Of a DNA stretch of 64,000 bases, positions 39,637-50,499 are shown piece by piece. The position numbers and the translations under genes were made by a program. The stretch covers positions 124,001 through 188,000 of the forward strand of contig JAANOX010000081.1 of the NCBI GenBank assembly GCA_020184695.1, read 5' to 3'. Position 1 is the first letter of the stretch; every line of letters begins with the position of its first letter. Under the pieces are notes generated by a model. It did no database searches, had not been told where the DNA came from, and was given only the letters and a program-made list of their open reading frames with translations. The DNA is from Histomonas meleagridis 2922-C6/04-290x (taxonomy: Eukaryota > Protista > Parabasalia).

Positions 39637-42141
39637 ATGTGGTCTAAGCAAACATATAATCAAACGCCGCCGGACAATATTTGCCAAGAAATCCAAAATT
39701 ACATTCATGACTCTCTATATCCATCATCTTCATTTGAAAATTTTATCATGAAAAAACCAAATGAACATTTTTATTTTTCTAAACCATCAAGTTATCCAGA
39801 AGAATTAAACAGACTACTAAAATCTGATAAATTTGTATCAGGATGGATTGAACAAATCCAATGTTTTTGGGTCGCTAATACAAATTTTTTATTTATATTT
39901 AACAAAGATTTTTCTATTTATTCTTTTGCTCAAATACCAGCACCCGTAGTATGCGTTGGGTATTCACAAGATTTAATAATTGTTTCTTATTATAAATCTT
40001 TATCAACATTTTCATTTCCAGAATTACAACCAATTCCATTAACATTCTCACTTCCCAGTAATGTCACAGTTACATTGATTAAGGAAAAAATTGTTGGGTG
40101 TAACGATGGTTCAATTCGACATCTTAAAATTACTAGAAATTCTGTTAATGTTTCTGGATTTCTTTCATTATCATCAGAAGATCCCATTACAGATATCATT
40201 GAAACAATCAACTATTATGTCACATTATCAATCAATAACAATATTACATTTTTTGATAAATCTAGTTTATCTATCATTTCATCAGTTCAACTCAAGTGTA
40301 TCATTTCCATCTGGTCACCAGATAATCAACAAGTCTTTGCAATAGACAAAAACACAGTCATTTTTACGGTTTCCTGTGAAAAAACCGCCATAACCGTCAC
40401 TCCATCTCAGCAACTTATCAAAGAAAAGGAATTTAAGACTGCTAAATGGGCTCTTGGCTTTTTAACAGTTATTAATCCAGCACCTTCATTTGATTATCTT
40501 CTTACTCTTCGTTTACGGCCAACTCCAATTTGTACAGCAAATTCATTATTAGGAACTGTTTCTAGTATAGGTACAACACCTTTTTATTTTCTCCTACTAA
40601 CATCTTCTGGTGTTGTAACTCTTTACGAACAACTTGAACAAGTTCAAAGTGAAGAAATTTGGAGATTTGCAAATACAGTACTTCCATTTTGGGACAAATC
40701 CATCACCAACCTGCTAGATGCCAATATTTTTTTGGAGTCTCTTAGTAATTATTCGTCATATCAAATATTATCATCTTTGGCCGAATATGTATTAACGATT
40801 GTTGATGATATTACAGTCATAACGCAACACAATGGATCCGTTGGTTATTTTTTTAAAGACTTTTTTGGTCCTGACCGTGATAATATATTTACACATATTC
40901 GCGAATTATCATTTCGTTATCGAATCAGTGCCAATGAACCCACAGATTACAACACTGATCTTGACAGGCTTATTTATTTATCTAATGAAGGTAATGAGAA
41001 TGCTACAAATCAAGCAGTGAACATCATCACCAATTCATTTGACACGTTACCAACCAAATTTATGTTATACTGTGAATTCTTACATGAGCATTGTTATTAT
41101 GAAGAGCTTATTGACTGTATTATTAAGTGGAGTCATTCGATATTACCAGACGATGTCCCATTAGGCGATGATTTACGAACATGTTTATATGATCAATTAA
41201 AACCATTTCTACACATTGCTACATCAATACAAAATCGTCAACATCCCGCAGTGATAACATTACAACGTGCACTTAATCGAAAGAATATCATCTTTCAACT
41301 TTACGTGTTGAATTACTTTGAAGAAAATTGTACTTCTGATACATTTGTCTTTTTTAAGTATAATGAAATGTTACAACAAATGAAAAGTATTTATTCCAAA
41401 CATTTACCGGATGTATATGATAAGTTAGGATTATCACAAGAAGAGTTTGAATATTTAATTAATATTTCGATTTCACAATCAGATATTCATATTGATGAAC
41501 GAATTCATTATTTAGAAAGGGCTAAAAAATTATATCCGAATAATGATAAAGTTAATATATATTTAAATTGTGCATATGCATTACATGACTTTATTTTAGA
41601 TCATTATCCACAAGTCGAAATGTATTTTTTCGCAAAAGATTTTAATGTTATCACTGAAACATTAAGTCAATTTAATGAAAATGAATTAGCGTTAAGTATT
41701 ATGTCGATTTATAACATTAAAAATTATGAAATATTTAAACGGTTCTTATTGACAATGAATAAAGAATCACTTCAACGATATATAGAAAGTAATGGCTTGT
41801 TCATACAAAGTGAAATAGTACAAATTTTATACGAAATTAATGGAATTGATATAATCGATTACTTGTTGGAAAGTGGAGTTGAGCCTTGTTACATATTCGA
41901 CATATTCCTCCAAATTAGTGATAAAGATGTGATAATTAAAAACGCAAATAAAATCGCAAATGTTTTCTCAAAATGGGAAAACATTCAAGAAGAAAGAAAG
42001 CAAAAAGTGGTCAACTTCTTGTCCGATTTGTTGGTGGAATTGGATATATACGGAGAATTGGAAATAGCCGATGAAATTAGAAAAAGAATAAATAGGTGTT
42101 TCATACAAAATAAATTTGAAGATATTTGGGATAATTTATAA
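39637..42141 (+). CDS. Nup155/Nup170-like nucleoporin (short, divergent)
   Basis: N-terminal CFWVANTNFLFIF...YSFAQIPAPVVCVG resembles the Nup155 propeller start; IFQLYVLNYF and IDERIHYLERA resemble the Nup170 C-terminal solenoid. Confidence 0.55.
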   Translation: MWSKQTYNQTPPDNICQEIQNYIHDSLYPSSSFENFIMKKPNEHFYFSKPSSYPEELNRLLKSDKFVSGWIEQIQCFWVANTNFLFIFNKDFSIYSFAQIPAPVVCVGYSQDLIIVSYYKSLSTFSFPELQPIPLTFSLPSNVTVTLIKEKIVGCNDGSIRHLKITRNSVNVSGFLSLSSEDPITDIIETINYYVTLSINNNITFFDKSSLSIISSVQLKCIISIWSPDNQQVFAIDKNTVIFTVSCEKTAITVTPSQQLIKEKEFKTAKWALGFLTVINPAPSFDYLLTLRLRPTPICTANSLLGTVSSIGTTPFYFLLLTSSGVVTLYEQLEQVQSEEIWRFANTVLPFWDKSITNLLDANIFLESLSNYSSYQILSSLAEYVLTIVDDITVITQHNGSVGYFFKDFFGPDRDNIFTHIRELSFRYRISANEPTDYNTDLDRLIYLSNEGNENATNQAVNIITNSFDTLPTKFMLYCEFLHEHCYYEELIDCIIKWSHSILPDDVPLGDDLRTCLYDQLKPFLHIATSIQNRQHPAVITLQRALNRKNIIFQLYVLNYFEENCTSDTFVFFKYNEMLQQMKSIYSKHLPDVYDKLGLSQEEFEYLINISISQSDIHIDERIHYLERAKKLYPNNDKVNIYLNCAYALHDFILDHYPQVEMYFFAKDFNVITETLSQFNENELALSIMSIYNIKNYEIFKRFLLTMNKESLQRYIESNGLFIQSEIVQILYEINGIDIIDYLLESGVEPCYIFDIFLQISDKDVIIKNANKIANVFSKWENIQEERKQKVVNFLSDLLVELDIYGELEIADEIRKRINRCFIQNKFEDIWDNL

Positions 42142-42685
42142 AATAAATATTTGATATAATATTTCTATTTGTTTTAGAAAATAATAGAAAAAATTAAATC
42201 GGTAATTCGGCAATAAAATTAATAAATTCAATTTCGGTAATACACATTGAGTCAAAGAGATATTGATGTATTTGTTGTTACGATCTTTATATATGTATAA
42301 TTTTTTTCTGTTTTAGTTCAGTTTTGATGATGTGCATTTTAAGGGAGTACTCCATCATGTCAAAAAACTCAAATTCTAGCATGTCCAGTCCAAACCTCGA
42401 TCGTTTATAATATCATACGACAAAAGAAAAATAGTCAAATTATAAGAAGAATTTAAATTTAACACTAAAAAATATTTAAAGTATTAAATAATTTTTAAAA
42501 TGATTGCGGATATTCAGATAAGAAATTATGAAACAAGATTTTTTTATAGTCATACTTAAGGTTCCTTTTTACGCTTTTCTGCAGAAGTGTTTTGGCCGAT
42601 ATAAAGTTCAGAAATTTCACTTTTTGATAGCGTTGGAAACACTGCAGCGTGAAAAGGTAAAATATGAATAAAATTACTTCGTATT

Positions 42686-43264
42686 TTATTGATCTGTGAT
42701 TTTTGACTGATCTCCAAATTTGGAGATAAGTGTTTTCCCTTGTGCTTGATTGACACTGTTGCTTGATTCTTGGAATCCGCTAAATCTGTTCTGCATTTGT
42801 TTTGAAAGAAATGCTGCTTCTTCATCTGACAATGGCTCGTTAAGAGATTTAAGTGCTGTTAGAATTTCCATTGCTTTTTCTTCGTATTGAGCAACAGATA
42901 TTGATTTGAGATGCATTTTTTCCTTGAGCTTAGCAAGGCTCTCACGTAGCTCCTCTGTTTGACGAGCGCTAAACATTCTGATAATATCTGGGGTCTTGAA
43001 TGCTTCGTTAATGGCTGCCATAGTTGCAAGTCGAAGTGCACCAAGCTGGTCAACCAATGTTATATCACCAGCTATCATCTTGTCAAGGTTGACACGAAAT
43101 TCATTGAGCTCTTCCATTGTTTCTGTTCGGGTTTCACGAATTTCTTCTTCTGTAAGTTCATCTTTCAACTCGTCTAAGTCTTTAAGTTGACACAGAAGGC
43201 GTTGCAATTGCCTTTCAACCATTTCCTTGAGGAGGGCATTTTCATTACTCATTTTTTTTGACAT
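42686..43264 (-). CDS. LZIC: LZIC-like protein (leucine zipper and ICAT-homology domain)
   Basis: VERQLQRLLCQLKDL, ETMEELNEF..NLDKMIAGDITLVDQL, AAINEAFKTPDIIRMF match the LZIC signature as recalled. Confidence 0.85.
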   Translation of the reverse strand: MSKKMSNENALLKEMVERQLQRLLCQLKDLDELKDELTEEEIRETRTETMEELNEFRVNLDKMIAGDITLVDQLGALRLATMAAINEAFKTPDIIRMFSARQTEELRESLAKLKEKMHLKSISVAQYEEKAMEILTALKSLNEPLSDEEAAFLSKQMQNRFSGFQESSNSVNQAQGKTLISKFGDQSKITDQ

Positions 43265-43385
43265 TTTGCAAAAATGGAATTATAGCACTTTTCGTAAACA
43301 AAAGTGTATCTTGTTCAATAAAAAATATCTAAAATACATTCAAGAATATTTGATTTTGATTATAATACTATGCAACAAATTTAAA

Positions 43386-43530
43386 GTCAATAACAAATGT
43401 GATTTTCCAAAAGCGATTGATTTGAGTACATTTTTACCTAAAGATTCCAAAGTAAACCATCAGTCTTTGAATTATTTGTAATTAGTAATAGTGTGGTAGT
43501 AATCATCAAAATAAAATACATTTTGGTACA
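43386..43530 (+). pseudogene. Possible ubiquitin-specific protease (C19) fragment
   Basis: VNNKCDFPKAIDLSTFL...LNYL followed by a broken V-I-V-G-S segment resembles the FPxxLDL / YxL / His-box region; contains stops. Confidence 0.3.
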
Positions 43531-44053
43531 AGAAAAATCATATTCAACATGTAAAGAGATACCATTGAACAGTAGCTAAATTTAAAAGAACTTCTGAAAA
43601 AGATGAGAGAAGAAATGAAGAATTAAATATCAATTGAGCTTATTGATGAAGATTCCATCAAAGTTAATACTTCGAAATTTGAAAATGGTTTTAATAATGT
43701 TTTAACAATACTTCAATATAAACTTGACGGCGAATTGCTAATACTAAAAAATTGCATTTTTAGAAACAATTACCAAATAAGAAGAAATTATAGATAAAAA
43801 TGAATAAAATAATATACCTATCATTACTAGTAATGATAATGTTAATCCTCAAATGTTATCAGTGAAACAATTCCTTTCATAATGTTTAGAATTGCTTGAA
43901 ATGTTCGTGATATCACATATGTTTTTTAGCTAAAAATGCGAATATTAATTATTCGATTAAAAGTGATTCAAACCCATGATTAATTTGTCATGAATAAATT
44001 AATGGAAAAATTGGATTGAAAAAAGATTCTGACATCATATAGATGTTTAATTT

Positions 44054-44060
44054 AAAAAAA
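44054..44060 (-). terminator. RNA polymerase III oligo-T terminator of tRNA-Leu
   Basis: Seven T directly after the discriminator base on the minus strand. Confidence 0.8.
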
Positions 44061-44142
44061 TGGTACCTGTGGGGTTCGAACCCACGCACCTCTCGGTATT
44101 GGGGCTTAAATCCAACGCCTTAGACCACTCGGCCAAAGTACC
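44061..44142 (-). tRNA. tRNA-Leu (anticodon TAA), 82 nt, intronless
   Basis: Acceptor GGTACTT/AGGTACC+A; D-arm GCCGAGTGGTCTAAGGC; anticodon at 44108-44106; variable arm TACC-GAGA-GGTG; T-loop GGTTCGAACC. Confidence 0.97.
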
Positions 44143-44682
44143 ATCGAAGATGGTTTCGATAGAAAGGTTAAAGAAATTAATTTTGATGAAACAAGTCGTT
44201 TTTTCCAGATAAATTGACGAAGTGGAGGAAGTTTTAAATCTGAACATCATCAAGAATAAGAGTAATGCTTATTTATATATGAAATAATTCCTGGATTTTT
44301 GGTTAAGATCAATCAAAATTTTTTTTATCGAATTAAACAGCATTAGAAGGTGTATTGTGTTAATCTGACAAAGCACATTATTATTATTAAAGATATCTTT
44401 AAAGCAATAAGCGTTTTCAATTTCTATTAACAGAAATAAAATTTATGAACAGGATATCCTGTTCATCAAATAAAGTTTTCAATTTAATACTGTTATATAA
44501 CCGAACAGTATAGAAATAATTGACAGCATCATTCAATATTTGAATATTATGGAAAATTGTATCAGAATACCGCTGAAGTTTTTTTATACAGTTCAAAATA
44601 ACGGTTATAAAAAACTGTAAAAACTGTTCTAGATGATTTTTCTAAGTTCAACTAGTGTTTATGAATTTATTATTTCGAAGCG

Positions 44683-45870
44683 TTATTGTAGGACGCTTCT
44701 CAGGATGTTTCGTGTGTCCTCCTCTGTGATAGTTTTTTTATATCCATAACTTCCACCTACTGATTTCATTACCATACTTGTAACCTCTTCGAGGTCTCCT
44801 TCTTCTATTTTTGTCTGCTCCCATTCTGATACCTTCGTTGGCATCCCAATTTTTATAATAAATTTTCTGATGCCATCGATGAAACCACGTGCCATCTCAT
44901 CCTCAGTGCCCTCACACCCAAAGACAAATGCGCCTGTTTGAGCAAGGAGTGTTTTCCTGTTTTCGAATTGGTTCTCAAGGAAAAATGGAGTTACCATAGA
45001 TAATGTTGCGCCATGGTCAATGCCATATTTTGCAGTTAATTGGTGTCCAATCTTATGTATACCCCAACACGAGTCCTTGCCAAGGTTAAAAATGAGATTG
45101 CTTGCGAATTCAGATGCAATAATTAATCTTTCTCGAAGCTCGAGTGATGCGTTTTCATTGATAACATCAGGACCAATGTCAACAAGCTCCTTAATGACGG
45201 ACATCCAAAAGTGATCCATCATTGGAGAGAGTTGTGGAGTGAGAAATTGATCGATGCAATGACATATAGAATCATAAACACCGTTTTTAAGTTGTCTACT
45301 TGGCAGCGTTAGTGTATACTTTGGATCTAAAAGTGAAAAAATAGGATATGATGAATCACTATATCCAGATAATTTTGCATTGATTGATCTCCTTGAAATT
45401 ACGAATGCATTGTTCCACTCACTACCAGTAGCAGGAAGGGTCATTACTGATGCAACAGGATATGTTTCTATTGGATGTAGATTCTTTGTGAAAAGATCCC
45501 ATGGATCAATACCATCCTCGAACTTGGAGATAAGAGCAATGTACTTTGTGCCATCAAGGCATGAACCACCTCCAACAGATAGGATTAGATCTGGCTTAAA
45601 TTTTTTAACGACTTTTGAAATTTCAACTAATCTTTCGTACTCTGGGTTTGCTGGAATTCCACCTTCCCAATGGACTGTACAATTAAGGTTATTAAGAGCT
45701 TTATTAACGTCATCACGCGCTCCATTCTTATCAATTGATCCACCTCCAAAAGTACAAAGGATTCTACTATTTGGCTTAATAAATGTAGGGATATACTTTT
45801 TTACACAATCAACTCCAAATGCAACTTGTGTTGTGTTGTTCCACAGCCAATGAGACGATGATATGTTCAT
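44683..45870 (-). CDS. Iron-containing alcohol dehydrogenase, butanol dehydrogenase/YqhD-like
   Basis: FGGGSI, VGGGSCLDGTK, TLPATGSE, DSICHCID, HKIGHQL, GIDHGATL; ATG at 45870. Confidence 0.95.
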   Translation of the reverse strand: MNISSSHWLWNNTTQVAFGVDCVKKYIPTFIKPNSRILCTFGGGSIDKNGARDDVNKALNNLNCTVHWEGGIPANPEYERLVEISKVVKKFKPDLILSVGGGSCLDGTKYIALISKFEDGIDPWDLFTKNLHPIETYPVASVMTLPATGSEWNNAFVISRRSINAKLSGYSDSSYPIFSLLDPKYTLTLPSRQLKNGVYDSICHCIDQFLTPQLSPMMDHFWMSVIKELVDIGPDVINENASLELRERLIIASEFASNLIFNLGKDSCWGIHKIGHQLTAKYGIDHGATLSMVTPFFLENQFENRKTLLAQTGAFVFGCEGTEDEMARGFIDGIRKFIIKIGMPTKVSEWEQTKIEEGDLEEVTSMVMKSVGGSYGYKKTITEEDTRNILRSVLQ

Positions 45871-46318
45871 TGAAAAATCGATGTAAAGTTTCTGTTTCAA
45901 CTTTCAATTTTTTTATATCATAAAACCGATGACAAATTCCACCACGCAAACATTTTTTTTGAATAAGATGGTTTATCTGTTTTGTATTGAATGGGTTTTG
46001 AATTCTTGGAAACTTTTCAGAAGACAAATGCTTGGATATGAAAACGAAATTTTGCAAAAACCATAAATATTCATATCTAATTTCTGGGTTATATCAAACA
46101 AACATATAAGCGTAATTCGTATTTTATCTTTTTTTCTAACATTTTTCATTTAGATCAAGAGATTCAACCTGTGATTTTCTCCCAAGAAAATTCAATGTGG
46201 GAGGTAAATCATTCAAAAAACGTTAAAAAGTGGAAATATCCACAATAAACACAACCGCCAGGCCTAAAATTGTCATTGAATATTGTGGATTGAACTTATA
46301 CAAAAAGGATTGAATTGA

Positions 46319-46747
46319 ATGCATTCAAAATCATTTCAAAGTATGACTTTCTACTACCATCCACAGCAAATGCCTTTCAACCAGTACCAAATTATGGCGC
46401 CTGTTACAATGCCCCAGGTCAAAAAAGAGCTCCCCATGGCCGAGTTGTCAATTGGACTTCCAAAACAACAATACAAATCAATGAAAGTTATTCCGGTACC
46501 TTTTGATCCTAGAATGTGTAACAACGGAAGGTTCGACAGTTTGAACGATGCTATGGTATTTATTTCTCGTCATTGTATGTATCATCACCAAAACTTTACA
46601 AAACAACTTGCACGAATGTACCTCCCGTTTTGCAGAATTTTAAACTTTGCTTATGGCGGATACTTTGTTCCTAACCTCTCAGTGAAAAGGGATTTCGAGG
46701 CTGCGTTCAACTATGCACAAAAGAAGCTCAATCTCCAAGAACACTAA
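46319..46747 (+). CDS. Hypothetical protein (142 aa), Q/P/M-rich N-terminus
   Basis: ORF with ATG and coding-like composition; no family recognised. Confidence 0.65.
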   Translation: MHSKSFQSMTFYYHPQQMPFNQYQIMAPVTMPQVKKELPMAELSIGLPKQQYKSMKVIPVPFDPRMCNNGRFDSLNDAMVFISRHCMYHHQNFTKQLARMYLPFCRILNFAYGGYFVPNLSVKRDFEAAFNYAQKKLNLQEH

Positions 46748-47373
46748 CCAACTTTCCCATAAATGTTTTCAATTTTCATTTAAATTTTTTTCAAATGCCT
46801 ATTCAAATCTGAAAAGTTTTAAATCTTCTCGTTTGAACAAGAAAATTTCGATTTTTATAATTTTTTATAAATAATATCATTCGCTTTGTAAATATGTTCA
46901 GTTAATAAGGTTTGTTATCTTGGAATAAAAAGATAAACTTTTTTCAATTTCTGACTAGTCTTTACTATCATTCAAAATTAAATGACAACTGAAAAAAAAA
47001 TTGTGTTGTAAAAATTCCCCAAGAAAACCGATGAAAATATCGTTACCGGCCAATTATTTCGGGAAGTTTCGAATTCGCGGGAACAATCGGAAATTTATTG
47101 GTGTTTGGAAACCACAAATTTTACGTTTAAGCATATACGTAAGCAAGTGACAACCACATAAAACTTAATTAGCAATTCTAAACAAATAAAAAAATATGAT
47201 AACATATTTACTCATTAATCTTATATGTGTGTACTGGCGCCAGGCATCCCTACTCAGAAGATTAATAAACATGTGCTTTTTGCTAAATACAATTTTTAAA
47301 TAAAAATGAACAAACTTTTGTTCCTAAGTAACAATAACATGTATCAGCATATCAGTAGAAGTTAAATAGCCCC

Positions 47374-48447
47374 ATGTTTTTGAATATTAGCACTAATTTG
47401 GAAGGAATGAGAAGAATTGTCAAGTGTCAAAAAATGGAAAATGCTTTGTTTGTATGTAAAACCTGTAATTCTCTATTTTTATTTTCGAAAATCAACCCAA
47501 ACCTTGATTCGGATCAAGTTAGCCTAGTTTTTTCTGTCAAGAAAAAAGAAGAAAATACAAAATATATTAATACAATTATCACCAAATTCAGCAAAAAAAT
47601 TCAGAGAGAATTTCCAATTTGCAACACATGCATGCTACGTTATTTACAGTCTTTAGCAAAACAAAGAAATTTGATTCAAAAACAAATATTATTTTTAATT
47701 AATCAAGAAAAAGTAGAAAATGCTGAGCTGGAACCGGAATATATCGAAATGTTGGGAAAAATTAGAGAAAAGGAAAAACCGAATGTGAATACACCATCTA
47801 ATGAACCGGAAAAACAACAAAATAAAAAGACGATAATTTCAAAAAGCAAAACTAAATCTATACAAAATGAGCCATCACAAAATGAAGATACCAAACCTAT
47901 GATTTTTAGTAATAATATGATCAACAATTTTTTTATTATATGCAGCTCTTTTTACATATCTACAAACTCATTTTTCGGCACAATCAATAATCAACGTATT
48001 GGGTATCTTCCGTCATTTAATATTTCATTTGATGAGATTGAAAATGGATTAAAATTCATGTGTCATCTTCTTAACTCAATTATGAAAGGTTCATCTGTAC
48101 TTTTTACTCCATCTTTAGGATATTTTAATCAAAATGGGGAAATTGTCAACATAAAAATTGATAAATTTGAATCACTAGAATCTCGTCAATTTGCTACTTT
48201 CATAGATCAACTGTTCTCGGCGAGCCATCAACTTTTCTCTGTTGCTGAGATTTGGCTAAAAACGCAAAAAAATAATGAATTTAATTTCCATAAAATCACA
48301 AATGGAACAATTGATGGTCATTCTTATACGTTTAATTCAAGTAACCCATTTGAATGGAACATTGCTATGAAGCGACTATTATTCAATTTTAAACTTGTTC
48401 AATATCTATTGCTCATAATGAAGGTAAGAAATCTCAAAACTTCATAG
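47374..48447 (+). CDS. ATG6: Atg6/Beclin-1-like protein
   Basis: CxxC pairs (CKTC, PICNTC), FFGTINNQRIGYLP..SFDEIENG, EWNIAMKRLLFNFK resemble the Beclin ECD/BARA domain. Confidence 0.75.
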   Translation: MFLNISTNLEGMRRIVKCQKMENALFVCKTCNSLFLFSKINPNLDSDQVSLVFSVKKKEENTKYINTIITKFSKKIQREFPICNTCMLRYLQSLAKQRNLIQKQILFLINQEKVENAELEPEYIEMLGKIREKEKPNVNTPSNEPEKQQNKKTIISKSKTKSIQNEPSQNEDTKPMIFSNNMINNFFIICSSFYISTNSFFGTINNQRIGYLPSFNISFDEIENGLKFMCHLLNSIMKGSSVLFTPSLGYFNQNGEIVNIKIDKFESLESRQFATFIDQLFSASHQLFSVAEIWLKTQKNNEFNFHKITNGTIDGHSYTFNSSNPFEWNIAMKRLLFNFKLVQYLLLIMKVRNLKTS

Positions 48448-48621
48448 TTCCTATAGTCATATTATCATGTTTTTTTGAACCATCCTCTACTGTAACCAGA
48501 ACTTTCTGTTTGTGAATAGCTTTTCAGTTAAGACGATGAATTTTTCAATTGCGTTTTATCTCAATCAAAACAATGAAATTGTAAACTATACAATACACCA
48601 CCAAACTTTCATTCACATTCC

Positions 48622-50199
48622 ATGTTCACCAGCTCTTCTGAGAAAGTTTTAATGGATGTACAAACAGAAAACTCTTACTCACGCCTCCAGCGTTTGAGTA
48701 ATATGGACAATGAACAGGTTAGAAAGAATGTTCATTTGACACAACCTGGTCAGAAGAAGAAAAGTCTTAATCTTCTTCCAATTATTACAGTGGCAATTTT
48801 TACAATTTTTTATGTTGTCCCAATTCTTCCATCCAATCCAACAGCTCATAGTTGTTTAGCCATATTAATAACAGCAGCATTTTGCTGGGCCACAGAAGTT
48901 ATACCATCTTATGTTACGGCCTATTTGATACCAGCTGCTAGTATTTGGCTTCGTGTAGGATATGATAATGAAACTGGTCGTCGAATTCCTACTGCTGATC
49001 TTGCTGTTCGTCTTGCCAATAAGTTCACAGATCCAATTATCTTTGTCTTTCTTGGTTCTTTAACTATTAGTGCAGGCCTTACCAAACTTCAAATTACAGA
49101 TCGTGTTTCCAACTTTTTATTATCACATATTTCACCCAAACCTGTTGTAGTTCTTATAGCCATCATGGGATTGAACTTTATTGTTGCTGCCTTTTTATCT
49201 AATGTAGCATCCACAACATTAGTATTAACATTTTCATTGCCAATTATCCGTTCATTAGATCCCGAGGATCCATTTATCAAAGCCATTCTCTTTGGCTTAG
49301 CATGGAGTGGTAATGCAGGCGGAATGCCCACAACCATTAGCTCGCCCCAAAACATTTTAGCTGTCAAATACATCAATGAGAACTTAGAAAATCCTATTTC
49401 ATTTATCCAATGGATGTCCTTTGCTGCGCCAACGTCGATTGTCTTAGTCATTCTTTATTGGGTCTATTTGATCATTCGATATCGCTCCAAGAACTCTCAA
49501 CTTTCATGTTTGACTGATTCAAGTCAAGAGTTTTTACCGTGGACATGGCGTCATACGTTAGCGGTCATCACCACAGTCACCACCATTGTGATGTGGGCCA
49601 TTCAAGAAAACTTTTCGTATGCACTTGGACATGTTGGAATTACTTCGTTAATTCCAGTGATGGTATTTTTCAGCAGTGGAATTTTAGATTCGACTGATTT
49701 CGGTACATTACGATGGTCAACACTTGTTTTAATGGGGGGTGGCTTAGCATTAGGCGAATCTATGACGTGCTCTGGTTTATTGGATATCATTTCCAAGACA
49801 ATTAGTGACACCTTGAAAGGTATTAACATTTGGTTAGTTTTGATCATCGTTATGATAATCGAAGCGATTTTGACTTCGGTAATTAACCACACTTCGGCAG
49901 CAGCAATCTTGTTCCCCGTTTTACAGGGAATCGGAGAAAGTTTGGGTCAGCCGGCATTGCTGTTGACTTTGTCGGCGCTGATGATCAGCTGCGCACAACT
50001 GTTCCATATCTCTTCTTTTCCAAACGCGCTGATATCAGGCGTGCAGGTGCACTTGAGAATGGACCCAAGCAAGCTGACAAGCGAATCGTTCTTGAACGGC
50101 ACGCAGTTCTTTTTGGTCGGTTGGCCAACTGTAATTGCTGGGATTTTAATCATAGCAAGTATAGGTTATGGAATTGTACTCGCTATGAAATTCAAATAA
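48622..50199 (+). CDS. Divalent anion:Na+ symporter (DASS/SLC13), Pho87/Pho90-like without SPX domain
   Basis: FLSNVAST, GNAGGMPTTISSPQNI, LMGGGLALG, INHTSAA, SSFPNA; many TM segments. Confidence 0.88.
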   Translation: MFTSSSEKVLMDVQTENSYSRLQRLSNMDNEQVRKNVHLTQPGQKKKSLNLLPIITVAIFTIFYVVPILPSNPTAHSCLAILITAAFCWATEVIPSYVTAYLIPAASIWLRVGYDNETGRRIPTADLAVRLANKFTDPIIFVFLGSLTISAGLTKLQITDRVSNFLLSHISPKPVVVLIAIMGLNFIVAAFLSNVASTTLVLTFSLPIIRSLDPEDPFIKAILFGLAWSGNAGGMPTTISSPQNILAVKYINENLENPISFIQWMSFAAPTSIVLVILYWVYLIIRYRSKNSQLSCLTDSSQEFLPWTWRHTLAVITTVTTIVMWAIQENFSYALGHVGITSLIPVMVFFSSGILDSTDFGTLRWSTLVLMGGGLALGESMTCSGLLDIISKTISDTLKGINIWLVLIIVMIIEAILTSVINHTSAAAILFPVLQGIGESLGQPALLLTLSALMISCAQLFHISSFPNALISGVQVHLRMDPSKLTSESFLNGTQFFLVGWPTVIAGILIIASIGYGIVLAMKFK

Positions 50200-50499
50200 A
50201 AGTTTCTTTTCAAAAGATAATTTATTGTAAATATTGAGAAGGAATTTTCTTTGTCTTATGTATGTGTGTGTCGACTTTTTATCAATTTGAGCCTTCATTT
50301 CAATACTACAAATTTATGAATTTATTTTTGTCTAAATTGTTTTTGTTGAATATTTAAATGTATTTGGACTTCAATTTGTTGCAATGAGATCTTTCGTTAT
50401 GGGCATATCAATCGAGTGATGCAATTTACGAAATTCGAAATTTGCTGCCATTTTTATTTAAAAATTTTTTAAGTTTAAAACTTAAAATCACATTAAAAA

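Noticed and set aside
42344-42353. 10-bp palindromes GGAGTACTCC and CTGGCGCCAG (47234-47243)
   Set aside because: Isolated; some are expected by chance in 64 kb and no supporting structure was found.
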